Translations under genes and position numbers: made by a program
Notes under the pieces: generated by a model
Told to the model about the DNA's origin: nothing
Databases searched by the model: none
What the model saw: only the letters and a program-made list of their open reading frames with translations
Assembly: GCA_965235115.1 (NCBI GenBank)
Contig: OZ249436.1
Coordinates: 29,266,001 to 29,330,000, forward strand
Source: Laetmonice hystrix
Taxonomy: Eukaryota
Length of the DNA stretch: 64,000 bases
Direction: 5' to 3'
Shown: positions 24,836 through 38,384 of the stretch, in pieces
Position numbering within the stretch: the first letter of the stretch is position 1
Layout of the letters: each line of letters starts with the position of its first letter

Positions 24836-26417
24836 TCACTTTTTAGCTCTGTAAAGAGGCCGGCCTGACACGTACGCAATGAGTCCACACAAGACTAGAT
24901 CGCCAATGCGCATACTTGTTTTGTACGCGTACCAGTACCATGCACCGGCATAAAGTCTTGTGGCACCTTCAAAGTCCACTGCCGACATGTGGCGGTGTAG
25001 CAACATTGACACTAGATAGTACAAATTAATAACGCAAATAATCAAATACACAATAGCGGCAACAAGCGTGATTTTAGCCGCAACTGGCACATTCGCTTTG
25101 AGATACGAACTCGATCGTTTTATGGTCGACGGAATCTTGTCGTCAGAAACGCTACCACCGGTTCCGTCGGATGACATGCCGATTTCAGATGAAGTGCTGT
25201 TATGCATGGCGCAAATCTTTTTTCTGTTACGTACTGCTCGGTTGTAAATTCGGAGGAAGGCGTACAAGTAGGCAATGGACGAAATAAACCCCAAAGCGAG
25301 CAGATAGGTGAAGCAGACTAGCAGGACAAGGGAGCCACTGAAATTAAAATAAGAACAACATTTTGAGATTTGACGAAGAAGAAAAGGAAGACAAAAAACA
25401 CTATAAACAAAGTTTCTTTGCTGACGTGGTGTAAACTCGCCCGTAGGGGCCTTCCATATAAGTACATCAATTTTGTATTATTTGTAATTATAACCAAGAT
25501 ATTCGTGTACCTAAAATAGAACGCCGCGATAAGATCCGCACTAATGGAGAAGAGTAGGTTGAAACCGACGATACATATGAGGAACACAGGACTGAAAATC
25601 CTCCGAGCAGCTATTTTGAGTTGTGTCAGCTTGATGAGAACCATGAATAGTAGAAGGAAGGTTGACGTGATGCAGGGCGCTGACAAATGCTGGAAGATGT
25701 AGGCAGCGGCACGGTGCAGTCTACAGCTACTGTTGTACGGATCAACGAATAGAACGACCACCCACGACAGGCCACTCAGCAGGACAAGCGCGTTCATGGT
25801 CGCAATGTACCCACGACTCGGCACCGACTTTCTCACCACAGACTGTGAATATTTATAAACAGGAAACTAGCCGTTAGATCAGCTCAAACAATCTTATAGA
25901 TATGATCTTTACAGCGGCACGAGTTCAGTGAGATCATCGTTATTTTTGTCTAGTACTATTTCCTAATTTGATCCCTGTGTAGTTTGTCATACTTTGTTGT
26001 TCTTGAAGCAAGCTTCAATAGGTACTCAGTGGAGGATCGGGGGGGGGGGGGCTTAGATTTTCCTTCTTTTGTTTTGGTCGGATGAAGATGCATTATTACA
26101 GTCAAAATTAAAAGCCGAGCATAGCGAGGCAAAACAAATTTAGGTGCCCCCCCCCTTATCAAAATCCTGATTGGCCCCCCTTATTAAAATCCCCACTAAT
26201 ATTGTACAGTTTCGTTTGAAGAAATTAAAATATGGCGTATCACCGTTGGGAGGTCCGTTACTTTGAAACTTGTCACTTACCAGCATAAATTGAACGAGTG
26301 CTAAGAGGGATAGGATGGCAAAGGCTGCCCCAAATCCGTAGACATGAATAGGCCATGCTATCCCCCACTCCTCCATGGCGTCAGGCCAGTTAGGCGAAGG
26401 CTCGACGAAACGGCCAC
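24836..26417 (-). CDS. PRRT3/PRRT4-like seven-transmembrane protein, paralog 2 (first coding exon not located); exons 26417-26281, 25842-25511, 25337-24836
   Basis: GT-AG introns give an open frame GRFVEPSPNWPDAMEEWGIAWPIHVYGFGAAFAILSL...SRGY...FVDPY...CITSTFLLLF...RIFSPV...VPVAAKITLVAA...WYWYAYKTSMRIGD, colinear with paralog 1. Confidence 0.85.
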
Positions 26418-26972
26418 CTATAAGCAATAAGAAACGGGAATAATAATAATAGGCCAAAATACATAACAGTTGCAGAGCCATTTAGTGAGTCCGAGACTCC
26501 AATTGGGGGCGACTGACATGGAAGTTAAAAGGGCAAGCCCGGATTTAGGGGGGGGGGGGGGTGCACTGGGTGCATGAGCAGCCCCTTGTTTTGTTTTTTG
26601 TTTTGGTAAAAAAAGGAGTAAAAATAGTGATACCGATAAGTATGTCACAACACTTTGGGGTACTTCACAAGTGTCTTTGATGGTGCCCCGGCCCAAGCAC
26701 CCGGATGCTGGATCCGCCGCTGAAGGGGAGGGGGCGTCTTGGCTCCTCCTTTCTCCCCCCACCCCAACCCTCAGGTTACAACGCTTGTGATGTATAGGCA
26801 TGTGATGTATGTCACTTTGCAGTTGCCGCAACACTTCAGTTCACTTCGCAACACTTCATGTTTCACGGGTCTTGCGTAATTCAGCGTCTACCAGTCTGTG
26901 AAGAGTAACAGGTGCTGCCATCTGGGAGTATTTATTGTAATCCAAACGGCGCATCTGCCAAATTGCGCCAGG

Positions 26973-27175
26973 AGTTACATCCCCCATGGTAACTTTGAAC
27001 CCACGAAATTTGGCGAAAGTAAAGATCCATAGCCTCGACCTTATCCCCAACCCCCCAACCCTAGTCCCTACACCTCCCAAAAACATATCCCTATCCAATC
27101 CCTATCCCTATCCCTGACCTTAACCCGAACCCCTGCCCAAAATTTTGTCTGGAAGTTACCATGGGGGAATAACCG
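26973..27175. mobile_element. ~200-bp MITE with CCCTAA/CCCTAT-like internal repeats
   Basis: CCCCCATGGTAACTT...AAGTTACCATGGGGGAATAACCG. Second copy at 36643-36846. Confidence 0.8.
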
Positions 27176-28861
27176 ATTCGTTGACATAGGCCTAACCCCA
27201 CTAGCTTTCGCCATGCCTTTTCGAGTTGGTCTCAGGGTAAATCGGTGGCGGATCCAATGGGAGGGGGGGGGGGGGTTAAAAAAGCCTCCTATATTGTACG
27301 TGATAGTAACATCGGGCCCTCAGTCGTCCAGCAGCAAGATAACTCTGTGCCATTCAGCATTAAAATAGACCAAAAGGGGGCCAAAATGGCCACAATCACA
27401 ATAAAATCACGCCGAGCGTAGCGAGTCAATTTTTTTTAGGTGCCCCCCTTATCATAATCCTGGATCCCCCACTGAACGCTCTTCCCTGTATATACATCAG
27501 CTACATACAGTGCTGTCCCGCTAAATCCACTACTGGTCATAGTTCAGGTATCGGTATAGGTATAGTCCGGTCCAGAAAAGACCAACAAAAAGGCCGCCCA
27601 AAACGCGCGGAGCAAGACAGCTAACGACAGCACAAATGTAGAGGCCTAATCTTCGAGGGACACTGCTTCGTGTTCGGCGAGCACGTCATGAGCTATACAC
27701 AGTCCACGCAAGCCGTGTACATGCTTCTGGGCCTGTACTTGGCAGCATCCTGGCAGCGAACCTCCAGTGAAAAGGCTGCCAACAGGCCTAGTGCACTTTC
27801 TTTCATATATAAAGGCACCTATATAGTGCCCAAAATAGGCTTCATTTGGTGCAAGAAGAATAGTCATCGTGATATACGTAAGGGGGAATCGTCTTACTGC
27901 TGGTCAAGAAAATTGCATGCGGAAGATAAAGAAATGTACAGTACAATCATGTAATAGCAAAAGATAAGTTCTGTAAAATACTCCTCACATCCCACACAGA
28001 AGGTAGGTTGACAATTGAAGGTAGACTGGCCCCAACAGCCGACGGCAGATAAAAGGTGCAGTATTTTTCTTTACTCGGTAAAGCCTAAAACGTCGATATG
28101 GGAGGTACATGGCCCCCTGTATGTAGGTCCGCAATTGACTTGTCCATTTCCAAAGCGTATATTTGGGAAATAAAAGCTTAGACATGACAGCTATAGGACC
28201 TGGGACATGGAAGCCGGGACATAGCGTGGGGGGACATGGCGTCTCCCACCCCGGTCTCGAGCAGGTGTTGTAGCAAAAAAAAACTGCAGACCTCAACTGT
28301 CTTGCTAGGCGTAACCCAGTTACTTTGAGAATGTCCGGAAAGAGAAAAGTATAGTCCTCTACTGGAATGGAACCCCGGCTCCAGGATTACTGCACCCATT
28401 CGCATAGCATCAGGTATCAACCCCCATGCTCACTCGGCCACCGCCACTTCCATAAAAAGGAAGCTTTGGTGGTCGAGCAGGACAACGGACCCTCCCCCCT
28501 ACACACATCTTTCGAGATGAGGCGGAATCCATGCTTTCCTAGATAGAGTTTTTGGCTCTTAACACCATAGAGCATGCATGGGAAAGGCTCCAGGCTGCAG
28601 TGTCATTGTCACTGTAGCCTACATGGAGCCTGTCCTATGCATGCCCTTTGGGGTTAAGGTGAAATCCAAAAAAGGGGATCACCCCCTTTTAAAATGATTC
28701 ACTTCTCCATGGATTATTGCACACATTTAACAATGACTGAAAAGCTTAGGGGACAGTACTGCTTACCTTTACTATGGTGATTGAGTGGAATTACCTCCTA
28801 TTTACAAACATTTCAATGTGTAGGAGTGATAATTAGCAAATTGTGAGTACTACTATATTAA

Positions 28862-29379
28862 AGGTAATATGTCACGAATTTCAAATAATACGTTGTATTT
28901 CAGCATTGCGGTTCTCCGATATGCCCCAAAGGTCCCCTACCTGTTTAAGTAGCTTTGGCCGGTATTTTGTAAAAAAATCGCCAATTTTTAATGTGGTCAC
29001 TGAAAATGACACACTTAGATTCCGAGACCCCGGGATTTGCAGCCGGCTGTGTCTTGCCGATCGGCGGATGGGCCATTTTTTAATGCGTTAATACATCTCG
29101 AGTAATCACAGCGAGAGTCACGTGATCATGGGACCCGTTCAAACGATTCGCGGCAGCCAAAGGGGGCCAAAATGGCGGATTCATCGCACTTTGCAGACAC
29201 TGCAGCTAGTTTTATTCATTTTTCTACATTAGGGAGAATTTCACAGCTGTCTACTCGTAGTAGGCCTAGTGTTAACAGAATCAATATGAAAAGCAATCAG
29301 TGCCATAAAGTAGGTCAGTGGTGAGCAGGTAAGCAGAAAACTGAAGATTTCGGTTGATACCCCCCGTGACATATTTCCT
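28862..29379. mobile_element. Kolobok-like MITE (TTAA target)
   Basis: TTAA|AGGTAATATGTCACG...CGTGACATATTTCCT|TTAA. Confidence 0.8.
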
Positions 29380-32300
29380 TTAATGGTGAGAGACCACCTT
29401 CAGTAGGCATGCCTTACCACACTGTGCTGACAGTCTTTTATCTCTGTGTCTCATACGGGCCCTCAGTAATTGCCATACAGCCTACAGGTGTTATTAGCCG
29501 AGGCCTCTATAAGAAGGCGATGGATCTGAAATGGCCTAGTCCCGATGATTGACACATTGCGTGACTGCCCGGGTCTCATTTCCAAAAGCTTCATTCACGA
29601 GATAACAAATTTGAGCTGTGTATATAGCCTAGGTCCATGTCTTTGACCTCAAATACACTTATTGCTTTGGGTGCTGGCATAATTATTATGATACCCTATC
29701 ACAAACTCTATACATTATCAGGGGCGGATCCAGGAAGTTGCAACTTTGGGGGTGTGGTGTGTGGTGGGAATTGGGAATGGGGGATGGGGGGGGGGGGCTT
29801 GATGACCCCTTCTATGTAAGACCTCTTCTCAGACTTGGTACTGCCACTGTATTTATGTTACATCACACACCAACGCGATGATAGTAGTCTTCAGGACAAT
29901 AATTGGTTTAGGGCTCCATTCACAATATCGATAGGCCTACTTGTAATATGCATGTAGGCATATACTTGGGGGAAAATTGTACGAAGCCCCATCCCCGCAT
30001 TGCACTTTAATATAATCCTTGCCAAACTATTTTGGCATTGTGCCCCGACCACTCTAGATCTGCAGATGTTTCAATCAACAGTAGATCTATTATGGGCCTA
30101 CTGGGGCATGTCAAACGCTATACGACGGAGTAACTGCGTCATTTCTTTTAGTTATCCCCATCTCCTCCCTCGAGGATCTTGACATAGATCCTCGGCCCTA
30201 AAAACAGAGCCCGGGGTTCCCCGTTAAAGATATGGGAAGACACGCTGATTTTCTTTTTTAATAAAGTCTTTCCCAGAAGCTTAGGGTGTTTCTTTATACA
30301 TAGATTCGCAACGAATGAACTTGTTCTGTTTACATTCTCCCTGTGTCCCAGAACTGGGTTGCATCACGGGAGTTGATTGCGTCAGTCACACGTGAATGGC
30401 ATCACACATGGGGTAGGCCAATCGGGAATCCTCGGCCATATCTTCGAAAGTAGCCTTGGGTGAATCGAGCGCCATTTTGAGCATTGCTTCGCGGGTACAT
30501 TGAGCCGGGAGTCTGGACATTATGGCAGTGTTTGTAGTATTGTAGTATCAGGCATGGAAGCAACTAAAATAGGCCTCTAGTGCTCTTCCCAAAGCCAGTG
30601 GGCAAAATTGCGATAGAATCATGTTCATGATATAAGTAGCCCTACCATGGGTCGTGTTGTTGTCGTTCATGGGCGTGGCCATATCGCTTCTTATATTTAA
30701 TAAATTTCCATATCACGCGCCGATTTAGGTAAATTAGGTGATTCATTTTTCTTCTTCAAACGTTCCCCTTCATACCAGAAATTTATATTTGCACATATGA
30801 TGCCAAGGAGCAGGTTTCAATAATGTACTACTTCCTGGCTCGATGGGATATGACGGTTCACTCAGTGCCTCGCTACACGGGTCGATTTCGCCCTGTATCT
30901 GGTTGCCATAATGGCGCCCAATTCACCCGAGGGAATGACATTGGGTACTGCCGTTTGAGTGACCCCTGACCTGGCCTAGAAATCCCCGATCGGAACAGCC
31001 GAACAGTTGCCGAGCTCGAATCGAACCGATTTTGCCCGTAAAAAGTCACGTGTGGCAGCACTCGAACACGTACCTACGCTGCTTCTGATTTGCTGTTTCT
31101 AGGTCATATCCGGAGGCGAACCAGGCTTCGGATGCATAAGGCGGTCATTTCCTCAGGATTTGTGCAAAGTCGTGTAAAGCGGCATCGTGGCTGTAGAGAT
31201 GAGCAGTAAATAGTCGAATTTCGCCCTACGCACAGGCATAGTTCAAATCTAAATTCTCAACATACCTATCCTTCTCGAATTTTATACCGCAGAGGCAAAA
31301 CAGTCTCTTCTTCACCTGCGAACAAACCAGATATATTCTAACTCTGTAAAGTCCGACACAGGCTAATTAAGTGGGTAACCGTGGGACTTTCAGTTTGCTG
31401 TTGTCTACATCCGGGCAACTGATCCCGACATAGCCACCCACCCAGCCCACCCCCCAACATGGCGACCTTCGTCGTACAGCCGATACATGACGTCACTCAG
31501 TCGAACGGTGTGCCGAGTGGTGTGGCAGAGGGGTAAGTGAAGCGAGCCCCTCTGCATTATGGAAGATTGATGGGCCACGGGTTATGCCCATTCGGCCTCT
31601 TGGCTAGCATGCCGACTAAAAATATTAGAAAAGAAACGCAACAACCGACTTCCGATCGCAATAGAGGTTTATCTATGAGTTTTTTGGGGGGCCACATTGA
31701 GAAATGGGAGCATTTGCCGTTTTAGGGCAAGTTTTTTAACTCAAAACAGCCGACAACATCAGAGTTGCTGTAGCCTGTGTGAGCTCTGTGAGACATGCAT
31801 CGACTCCCAGCTCAATTCCCCTCTCAAATCCAAATGTCAGATCGGCGCCGAAGGGAGAGTGGCTATTTATCGATTGTCATTTTCAAATGAAAACCAGGGA
31901 GATCTCAAACGAGATCTTTACACGATGGATTGGTAGGGATAGGGAAGAAAAGGTTTATTTTTAATATAGACCTCTATAACTTATAGCGCATGCAGGGCCG
32001 TAGCCTGACCGAAACTCCCAGGTCCGGGGGGGGGGGGGGGGAGTCATTCGGAACACCTCGACTTCCGGTTCCGCTTCGCCACTGTTGTATAGGGCCTAGT
32101 CTCTCAAGATGTAGAGATACAAAGTCCTTCCCATGAGTCTCTCGGTTCTGTCAAGTCTCACTGCCACAAGTGACAATTTGGTGGTTGACAGCCACAAAGT
32201 AATACGCCTAAAATAGGTAGACTCCTCTACCATATAAGCTACATTTCACCAATAGTGTTTGAAATGTTTAAATATCACATAATAAACCAGCATCAACATG

Positions 32301-34031
32301 ATAGGCTCTATCCAGAGAACATTCCTTCTCATTTATTTGAGGAACTATTTTATTGTCGGATGTGAACAGGTCGTGTTTTGCGTTGACTGTTGGACGGCTC
32401 ACTCCGCCAGGCGCACGGCTCACTCCGCCAGGCTCATCGTAAGCAACGGCGTTGAGAGGAGGAAAATAATGCTTTTTGCATATCCTGTGGGTAAACTAAC
32501 AATCATCTGTGTCTCACCGTCCCACAAAGCTTGCAAAATAGGCCTACACTTCTGTTTTTCCATAGGTGGGGCAAATTTAGCCAAAACCTGCTCCAGTGAG
32601 GCTTCAAACGAACCGCTGTCCGTTGACAGTTGCTATGGTGCTCGTAGTCGCGGCAGCCTGTGGCACTGGCTGGGTCCCTACTTCACTGCTCTCGCAGGTA
32701 GAGAACCAGTTTGCCTGTGGCAGTGAGAGTCGAGGCACGAAGAGGCTCATGGGAAGGAGTGTGGTAGAGATATTTACCTTTGAACACCAGTAACACCATA
32801 TAAAGTGTCTAAGGTCACACCGATAAGTGGAAGACTGTCAACGGCGACTTTTTAAAAATACCGCCCGGGTCATTCGCTATTTCCCACGCGAGACAGCGGG
32901 AGCTAGATTGAGATAAAGGCCAAATAGGGTAAACAAACGGACGAAGCCAGCGGGAGAATGTCTCTACATTTCGGTTGATTATTCCTTTATTAAAGATCAG
33001 ATAATCACAGAATTGTAGGTAAGAACAAGCTTGCTCATGCTGAACACCCTTATATTGATAGTTTGAACTTTTCTATTCCCTTTAAGGCTGGACAGTGCTG
33101 CATTGCGCCGGTCAAGCTGGGTTCTGGATTAGCCTACGTAGTAAGCCTTGCGCCCGGCCAGCAAGGCTTACAGACAGCCGAATTAAATTCCTGGCGGGTC
33201 AGACCACACCCAGGCCAGACCACCACCGCTTGCACTGATCAACTCACCGGCATCCATTTATCTCTACAGTAGGTGTGTGGGGTCCTAAAGCAGTGTTTCT
33301 AATAGTACAACGTCAAATTCATGTCTAGATCACCCGTTTAACGGCGTTTTACCGGCCGCCATGTTGCTTTTGATATCCCAGCATGCATCTCTCCGACGGT
33401 AAACGAGCATTGAAATTTCTCGGTTCGAGAGATGTGACTGTCTTTATTGTCTCGCATCGTGCTTTTCCAGCTTGCAGATATGAGAGATAAGTTATTTTGA
33501 GTTTATTTATCAATATTTCATCAACATATAGAGACAAGGGAGGGCTTTTCATGGAAAACAGAGGATTTGTCCGGGTACGCTCGGAAATTCTGAATGGCGA
33601 CCTTCGGCTCTGTACAGAGCACAGAGCCGAATTCTTTGGCTAGGTACTGGATAAACTCTGGAAATCAAAGGGGAGCAGTTGCCCCCCATTGCCCCCTCCC
33701 TTTTGCAGGCTTCGGCCCTGGCATGCATGACCTAATCGTCACAGTTAGATAGACAGGTAGGCCTAGATTAGCGGTCAAAGAAAATCTATTCAGGCAATAG
33801 ATCCTTTTTTAGATGTTGCCATTCCCATTCCCATTGTTTACAGATCAACATCTCTTTCAGATTTATGTTGTAGAAGAGAGTTTGTCGTCGCTTGGTTGGT
33901 TGTGGGTCTGTCAACGTCCCTTGAGGCGATATCATATTGCACTCCTCAATTGACTGGGTCGTTTATCACCCTTCAGCCAGAGGTTGTTTTTGCTGAAGCT
34001 AACCTCTTCTGGTTGTGTATTATTAGATGAC

Positions 34032-35438
34032 CAGGTGTACTAGGCCCGAATAACCTTGGCCGAGATCATAGACGTCTACTCTAGGTCTATGCCGAGATAT
34101 ACCTCGGTATAAAATGGGCCGGTGTACTATGAAATATTGTTGCCTATGAAATATTGCAGCATTGCGTCACTGCAATATTTCATAGCCTGTAGCTATGAAA
34201 TATTGCTGCCTATGAAATATTGCAGTGACGCAATACTGCAATATTTCATAGCCTGCAATAATTCATAGGTACAGGCTATGAAATATTACTGCCTATGAAA
34301 TATTGGAGTATTGCATCACTGCATTATTTCATAGGCAGCAATATTTCATAGCTACAGGCTATGAAATATTGCAGTCCGTGGAATATTGCAGTAGCCTACT
34401 AGGCTTTTTCAAGACTGCAGTATTTTATAGGCGGCATTATTCCATAGCAATAGCTATGAAATATTGCAGTCCGTGGAATATTGCAGTAGCCTGCTAGGCT
34501 TTTTCAAGACTGCAATATTTCATAGGCGGCATTATTCCATAGCAATAGCTATGAAATATTGCAGTCCGTGGAATATTGCAGTAGCCTGCTAGGCTTTTTC
34601 AAGACTGCAATATTTCATAGGCGGCATTATTCCATAGCTATAGCTATGAAATATTGCAGTCCGTGGAATATTGCAGTAGCCTACTAGGCTTTTTCAAGAC
34701 TGCAATATTTCATAGGCGGCATTATTCCATATAGCTATGAAATATTGCAGTCATGAGATGCTGCAATATTCTATGGACTGCAATATTTCATAGCCATAGC
34801 TATGTAATAATGCCGCCTATGAAATATTGCAGTCATGAAATGCTGCAATATTCCACGGACTGCAATATTTCATAGCCTAGAGCTATGAAATAATGCTGCC
34901 TATGAAATATTGCAGTCATGAAATATTGCAGTACGAAAGCGCAATGCGGCAATATTTCATGACTGCAATATTTCATAGCCAATGGTTATGAAAAATTGCA
35001 GTCATGAAATATTGCAGCATTTTTACGCATTACTGCAATATTTCATGACTGCAATATTTCATGGCACACCTGTATACAAGAACCCTCCGGGTTATTCTGA
35101 CCTAGGCCAGTTTATACCCCGGGGGTTATTTTGCGCTAGGCCAGAATACACCCCCTGGCCCATATTATACCCCTATACCTAGGATAGGGTTAGGGTTACA
35201 GAATACGGTATACACCCTGGCCCATTTTATAGGGTTAGGGTGGTTAATAACATCATAAACTATGTTACCACTTTATTTAGTATCGATACCAGTCGTTCCC
35301 TGCCTCTGGCGGCGATCTAAATCAGGCTCGCGGGACTAAAAGATGTGTTTAAAAGAAGAATAACACCGGGGGTAGGCCGGCCCATTTTATACCCGGGTAT
35401 ACTCTAGGCCAGGGGTATAATCCGGCCTGTTACACCTG
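34032..35438. mobile_element. TIR element (CAGGTGTA...TACACCTG, 3-bp TSD) containing a nested satellite-bearing element
   Basis: TSD GAC (34029-31, 35439-41). Nested element at ~34119-35072 has GGTGTACTATGAAATATTG / CAATATTTCATGGCACACC ends. Confidence 0.75.
34358..34737. repeat. 95-bp tandem repeat (4 copies) built from inverted ATGAAATATTGCAG motifs
   Basis: GCAGTCCGTG recurs at 34371, 34466, 34561 and 34656. Confidence 0.9.
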
Positions 35439-36642
35439 GACTAGTCTCAGTGTCAAGATGGACACCTGCGAGCAGTTGACTACTATAAACAAATTAATTA
35501 GGCCTAATCAAATATTAGTTACATTATCAGAGGTTTATTATCACTTTGTTTCATTTTTCTTAATGATTTAAATGATCTGATTTGACTTGAAACATTTCAA
35601 TGCAAACTACTTTGCAGGACTATTTTTTAACTCTTTACTGCATTTCTGTCTCTCCGGCACGCCCTTTGACCAGCGTATGTAGGCCTAGATATGATTGTAA
35701 CCTGGCCACAGAGCCTGGTGAATGCCAATCGAAGAGAGCGCTGTGATTGGCCCGGGTCCATGGACGCAAGCGTTGAAGGTAGTTCCGTATCCTCCGTATT
35801 TCTCCAACAAGATACAGATATTTTCGTCAATCCTTTTACAATACAGGTGTTAAATATGCTTTTCTGGATGTAGACATAGTGTCATCGGTCCCTATACGCC
35901 AGGCTACGGTCGGCATCACGCATGATCATTTGGCCACGCTCCAAGAAAACATGTTGATGCATTACATTACTTTGTAAACAACACAAGGAAGTAGCCTATT
36001 AGGCCTATGCCATTATTATAAAGCCTAGTGTCTTTAAAGAAGGAAGTACTAGTCTTGTGCATTTTCCTTCCTAGACGATGACACGCCGCATGAAAATACT
36101 TCCGCTGACATGAGCAGCCAATTATTTCAGACCTCGATACGAAGCAGCAGTCCGGCAACAGTCTAGAACATGCAGCAGGCCATTTCTAAAGGTACAATGT
36201 TTCACACATGTCAGCCTGTGGCCGAATAGTCCGGGCGTAGGTATGCTTCCCTTCCATAACCCTAGGGACTAGATCTGATCACTTCAAATAATATACATAT
36301 ATTTTCTTACGCGTGGCAGCCACTGCTAGATTTCCGGTAATTTGACCAATCAGCTGAGAGCAAACCGGAAACTGAAATCTTGTAAACGGGCCGCTTCTGT
36401 ACTCAACGCTCGCAAACAACTCGGAGATAGGAACTTCAAACTTCCACAGAGTTCGCTTTTGCTGGGACCAACCTCTTCTGGTTGTGTATTGTGGGACAGG
36501 CCGGGACTAGTGTCAGAGTCAAATGAACACCTGCGAACAGTTAACTACGTACTATTCACAAAATAATTAGGCCTATAATCAAACATTGCTTACATTATCA
36601 AAGGTTGTTTATCACTCCATGTCATTTTTCTTGAGGATTTAC

Positions 36643-36846
36643 AGGTATATCCCCCACGGTAACTTAAAACCCACGAAATATGGTCAGAAGTAAAGATCCC
36701 GAACCCTGATCTTATCCTTATCCCCTAACCCCGGTCCCTACACATCCCAAAAACATATCCTATCCCTATCCCTATCCCTGACCTTAGATCTAAGCCGAAC
36801 CCCTACCCAAAAATTTTGTCTGGAAGTTACCACGGGGGAATAACCG
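36643..36846. mobile_element. ~200-bp MITE with 6-bp TSD
   Basis: TSD ATTTAC (36637-42, 36847-52). The empty site is present in the paralogous segment near 35565. Confidence 0.85.
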
Positions 36847-37087
36847 ATTTACATGTATCTAATTTGAGTTGAAACAGTTCAAATGCAAACTACTTTAATG
36901 GACTATTTTGTACCGCTTCACTGCATTTCTATCTCTTCGATACGCCCCTTCGCCGGCGTATGATCTGATGATGCAGATACGATGGCAGCGGTGCATTGTT
37001 GGAAGTCGATTTGACTTCCAACAATCTCTAACCAGCAAGGTCGTAGTCCCCAGAGTACGGGCATGCGCAGTTTGATAGGAACTTGTC

Positions 37088-38384
37088 TAGCCTGGTCTCC
37101 TGCCTACCAGACGCATCCGCTATGTTAGGCCAGGTGCTGACTGGCAGAAAACCGCGAAACGGAAGTGATCAAACTCCAAGCACTTCCGCTTCCGTTCCGT
37201 TGGTCAGCGTTTAAACCCTAGTCACACTAGAGGCGGAATGAGCCGAAATGAAAGTTCTTTGTAAATTCCTGGATATTCGAAGTGCATTCTAAAAATTCTG
37301 ACTGCATTCTGAGTGCATTCAAAATATTCGGGCCCATTTTTGTGGCCAGTCCGAATGTTTTGCTCATGCTCAAAACTTTCGAGGTGCATTCGAAGTGGAG
37401 AAATATCGAAGTGTATTCTAAATGTACTCTGACTTCATTTTAAATTTCTTACGGCATTCCAACAGCATTCGAAACATTCTGATCGCATTCGAGGGAGAAT
37501 CGAAACGGCAAGCCACTTCAAAAGCCACTCCTGCCAGAAAGTCCCGAATGCGCCTCGAATGAGCCGGAATGCACCTCGAATAAATCTCGATTGCTGCCGG
37601 AATCTATACTCGGGACATTCGTGTTACATTCTAAGTACATTCGAAGTATTCGAGCTGCATTCTGTTTGAATTTTTGGACGTTCAAACCATATTCGGTGGC
37701 CATTCCGGGAACGTTCTTACTGCATTTGAGGTGAATTCGTACAGCATTCGCGGCACCCTGCAACTAGACTTCGGGCGGTATTTGGGCAGCAATCGAACCG
37801 CACTCGTACGACATTCGATGTGCATTCTAAATATTCTGACTGCATTCTAACAGCATTCTAAATATTCCTACTGTGTTCCAACTACATTCGAGCTGCATTC
37901 GAGAGCTAATACACCCGGAATGTGCAAGAATAATTCGAGACGAGTTCGAAGCGCATTCTAAGTATTCGAACGCCGGCCATTCTTACAAACCTGTAAGAAT
38001 TTTGGTCAATTTGAAATTCCCTTCCGAATGTGGCGCGAATTTTGAGAATTCTTCATTCCGGGTGGTTCTGCTGGATTCCTGCTGATTCCGAATAAGTGTG
38101 ACGGGGGTATAACGGAGTGACCGAACTCTGTTTAGAGAGTGGACAACATGCCCATGCGTATGCAGACCGTAGCAGATGTGGGGACCAATGACACTATGTT
38201 TACATCCAGAAAAGCGAGGACACTATTTTAAAGGGGTTGACGAAAATATCTGTATCTTGTTGGAGAAATACGGAGGGGGAACTACCTCGTTTGCGGTCAT
38301 GTTTTTGATGGGCCAATCGCAATGCTGTCTTCGATTAGCTTCACCAGGCTCTACGTAGTCAATATAGACCTGGGGACCAGGCTA
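37088..38384. mobile_element. AcademH-like non-autonomous element (TAG...CTA, 10-bp TSD)
   Basis: TAGCCTGGTCTCC...GGGGACCAGGCTA. TSD GGAACTTGTC (37078-87, 38385-94). Related partial copies at ~35700-35950 (reverse) and ~39003-39407. Confidence 0.75.
37214..38109. mobile_element. PIF/Harbinger-like MITE with CATTCGA-type internal repeats
   Basis: AACCCTAGTCACACT...AGTGTGACGGGGGTA with TTA/TAA flanks. The empty site AGCGTTAACAGAG is in the sister copy at ~39101. Confidence 0.8.

Noticed and set aside
27500..28460. Candidate first coding exons for 7-TM paralog 2
   Set aside because: The ATG-initiated segments near 27540 and 28453 end at phase-2 donors, incompatible with the phase-1 acceptor at 26417.
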